Assembly: GCA_036172245.1 (NCBI GenBank)
Contig: JAYWIR010000014.1
Span: 868,001-932,000 of the forward strand
Reading direction: 5' to 3'
DNA length: 64,000 bases
Origin: Raillietiella orientalis
Lineage: Eukaryota
The notes under the pieces are model-generated. The model worked only from the letters and a program-made list of their open reading frames with translations, had not been told where the DNA came from and searched no databases. The position numbers and the translations under genes are program-made. Of this stretch, positions 61,801-64,000 are shown one piece after another; within the stretch, counting starts at the first letter, position 1, and each line of letters opens with the position of its first letter.

Positions 61801-64000
61801 CTTTTATTCAAAGACGAATGCTTCGCTTTTTTTTTCCTTTGTGTGTGTGTGTTTTCATTTCTGAAACCGGAATTTTTTTAATTTCTGAAATTTCTGACTT
61901 TCTAAAATTTTACTGATCTCAAGAAGAAGTGGGTACAACGTTCTTTAAAGTCTGGGACCAGCTTGTAAAATTCCCTACGAGTCCATACCAGGAATGATTC
62001 ATAGCATATCTCGAGATGCATTGCAATCAAATGCAATTTTCCATTAGCCACCTTATCTATCTTGAATTTTCTTTCCTTTTTTCATATAGACTTGAAGTTT
62101 GTAAAATTTCATTCAATCCCTATGCTTTCTATCCTCTTTTTTTTTTTCTCCTTTTTTCTGTTCTCATCTAAATAAACACCAATGCATTTTGCTGCTATGA
62201 TATGGGAACACCGAAAAATACGAAAAATACACATTTGCATAGTGACCTCAGAGATGTGTCATATTAGACTTGGGATTTGATCCGCCAATACATCCAGTTT
62301 AATGACGTTCGTAAATTCGTCATTCGTCAAATTTGAAATTTTCCATAAGCCACTCATTAAGTTTTACAAGCAAATTCTCGACTGAAATATTTGGAAATGT
62401 AATTACAATTCAGCAAATTGAGTAATCTGAGCACAAATAGCCAAAAAAAGTCACTGCAAAGAACTGCCAATACAAATCTGAATCATTCTTTCGCCCTATA
62501 ATCTCTGCTTCTGTTTTGTTTTCTTCTTGCTTGTATTTCGCTTCTCAGTATATACCAGATCTAGATGCCACAGAAATGCTACCCATAGTCATGGTTTTAT
62601 CACTTTTAATGCCAGTTTTGTTTCTTTTCTTCTTGCTTTGCCTTCAAACTTGACACTAATAATTTAATAAATAGCCAGAGATGCTTCTGCGAAGAATGAG
62701 AGAGTATTTCTTTCTCACTTTCTTAGGTCGGTTCCTCATGCCACCCGACCAGACTTCACGTCTCTTTTATCAAGACCCTATCGTTGCTTTTATGATTGAG
62801 TTTAAATTGCAATTAAACGTTTGATCACGAAATAAATTTTAATTCTTGGTCGTATGTTAACTATGCTGAATTCCTTCTTGCAATTTGTGTTCAAACATCC
62901 TACGGAAACGCAATCATGGAAAAATTTGCAAATTGTTTTTTTTGCTCCTTGGATTACAGAGAAACAACACCTCGGAGATTTAAGTAAGTCTAGCAACTTT
63001 GAATCTTTGAAATAAGAATAATCGAATGGAGGCTTATGCTTATCACACGGTCTGGTAATATCCAAATTCTGCCTCCTTCTCTGAAGACAAAGCACTTCTC
63101 TGAAGACAAAGACAACACCGAATATAATCACATGAAAGGTTTTATTCACCAACAAGGTCACCATTGCGTGCTGACAATGCTGCAAACCTCACATCAGCGC
63201 CATCTTCACTTTTTTCTTTCTCAGAATGAGATGTTTTCCTCTATTCAGGATCAAACGTGGCACAGAGAAGCAAGCACGGAAAATGCATTGAATGGCTTTC
63301 GTGAAGCTCGAAAATGTGCGAACCAAAGTGCAGAGTCTCCCACAAACACGCCAAGAAGGTTCCATCGAAAACGAGTCCTCTTAATTTTCAAATATCCTCC
63401 TAGGTTTATCTCCGAATGATGGAAAAGCTTGCTAACTATCCTCCTACCGTGAGAACGTAAGCCGAAGTTCCTACTCTTTTCCCCTAAGGATTCTTCATTT
63501 CCCAACTCCTTCCCGTCTCGTTCTACCGTACAAATGTATTTCGTAATCGTCTGAATTGGGGTTACTTACTGTGTGCTCGCATTGGTTCTCAAACTGCTTT
63601 TCATTTGAACGGAAAAAGCTCGGACGATTCTGTCTTTCTACCCAAAATGTCCTGATGGTCTCAAGAAACCAATGTCGTTTTTCGACGCATTCGGATTTCC
63701 ACGCTTCCCTTTCTCGGGTTTTCTTTTTCTTGATTCGCTAAGTACCTCGAGAACCGTCGTTCTCCTGGAGGCTCACGCAGCTCCTTAACAATGTCCACCG
63801 AGGGTGCGCGTTAAACTCTTCAAGATGGGGGTAGTAATCCTAGAGGAGACCACCCTATGAATGTGGAAGGGCTCCCGGAGGTAGTCCTTTCCTCTCATGC
63901 TTGGGAGGGAACTCCCAAGGGAACCCTCCACCCTCGTTGTCTACGAAGAGAACCCCGACGGGAACCTCTTCCTTATTCTCTCCGGAGACCCCCCGGAGGT

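Noticed and set aside
62802..63185. 127-aa minus ORF as the next upstream sAC exon
   Set aside because: No sAC similarity recognised and no convincing phase-1 donor to join 58809.
1..64000. Prokaryotic systems, CRISPR array, rRNA
   Set aside because: Low coding density, spliceosomal introns, and no regularly spaced repeats or rRNA signatures seen.

Overview
Intron-containing eukaryotic (animal, probably arthropod) genomic DNA. I found no operons, CRISPR arrays, rRNA or intact tRNA genes, and almost all ORFs in the supplied track look spurious. Two real genes lie on the minus strand, and both are incomplete in the window. (1) The first two coding exons (2642-2475, 1882-1756) encode the N-terminal H-NOX domain of an atypical, Gyc88E-like soluble guanylyl cyclase; the gene runs off the left edge. 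(2) The last six coding exons (58809-42028, about 823 aa, all GT-AG and phase-consistent) encode the C-terminal half of an ADCY10/sAC-like soluble adenylyl cyclase; its catalytic exons were not found in the window. Between and within the genes are decayed transposon fragments (Mutator-like, Tc1/mariner, hAT, RTE-like LINE), two copies of a tRNA-derived SINE, three degenerate copies of an unrecognised protein-coding family (24-28.3 kb), several perfect hairpins, a 133-bp direct repeat, and a 53-bp inverted repeat that brackets the terminal sAC exon. Base composition shifts from GC-rich to AT-rich near 36.4 kb. All family assignments come from motifs recognised by eye; no database search was run.
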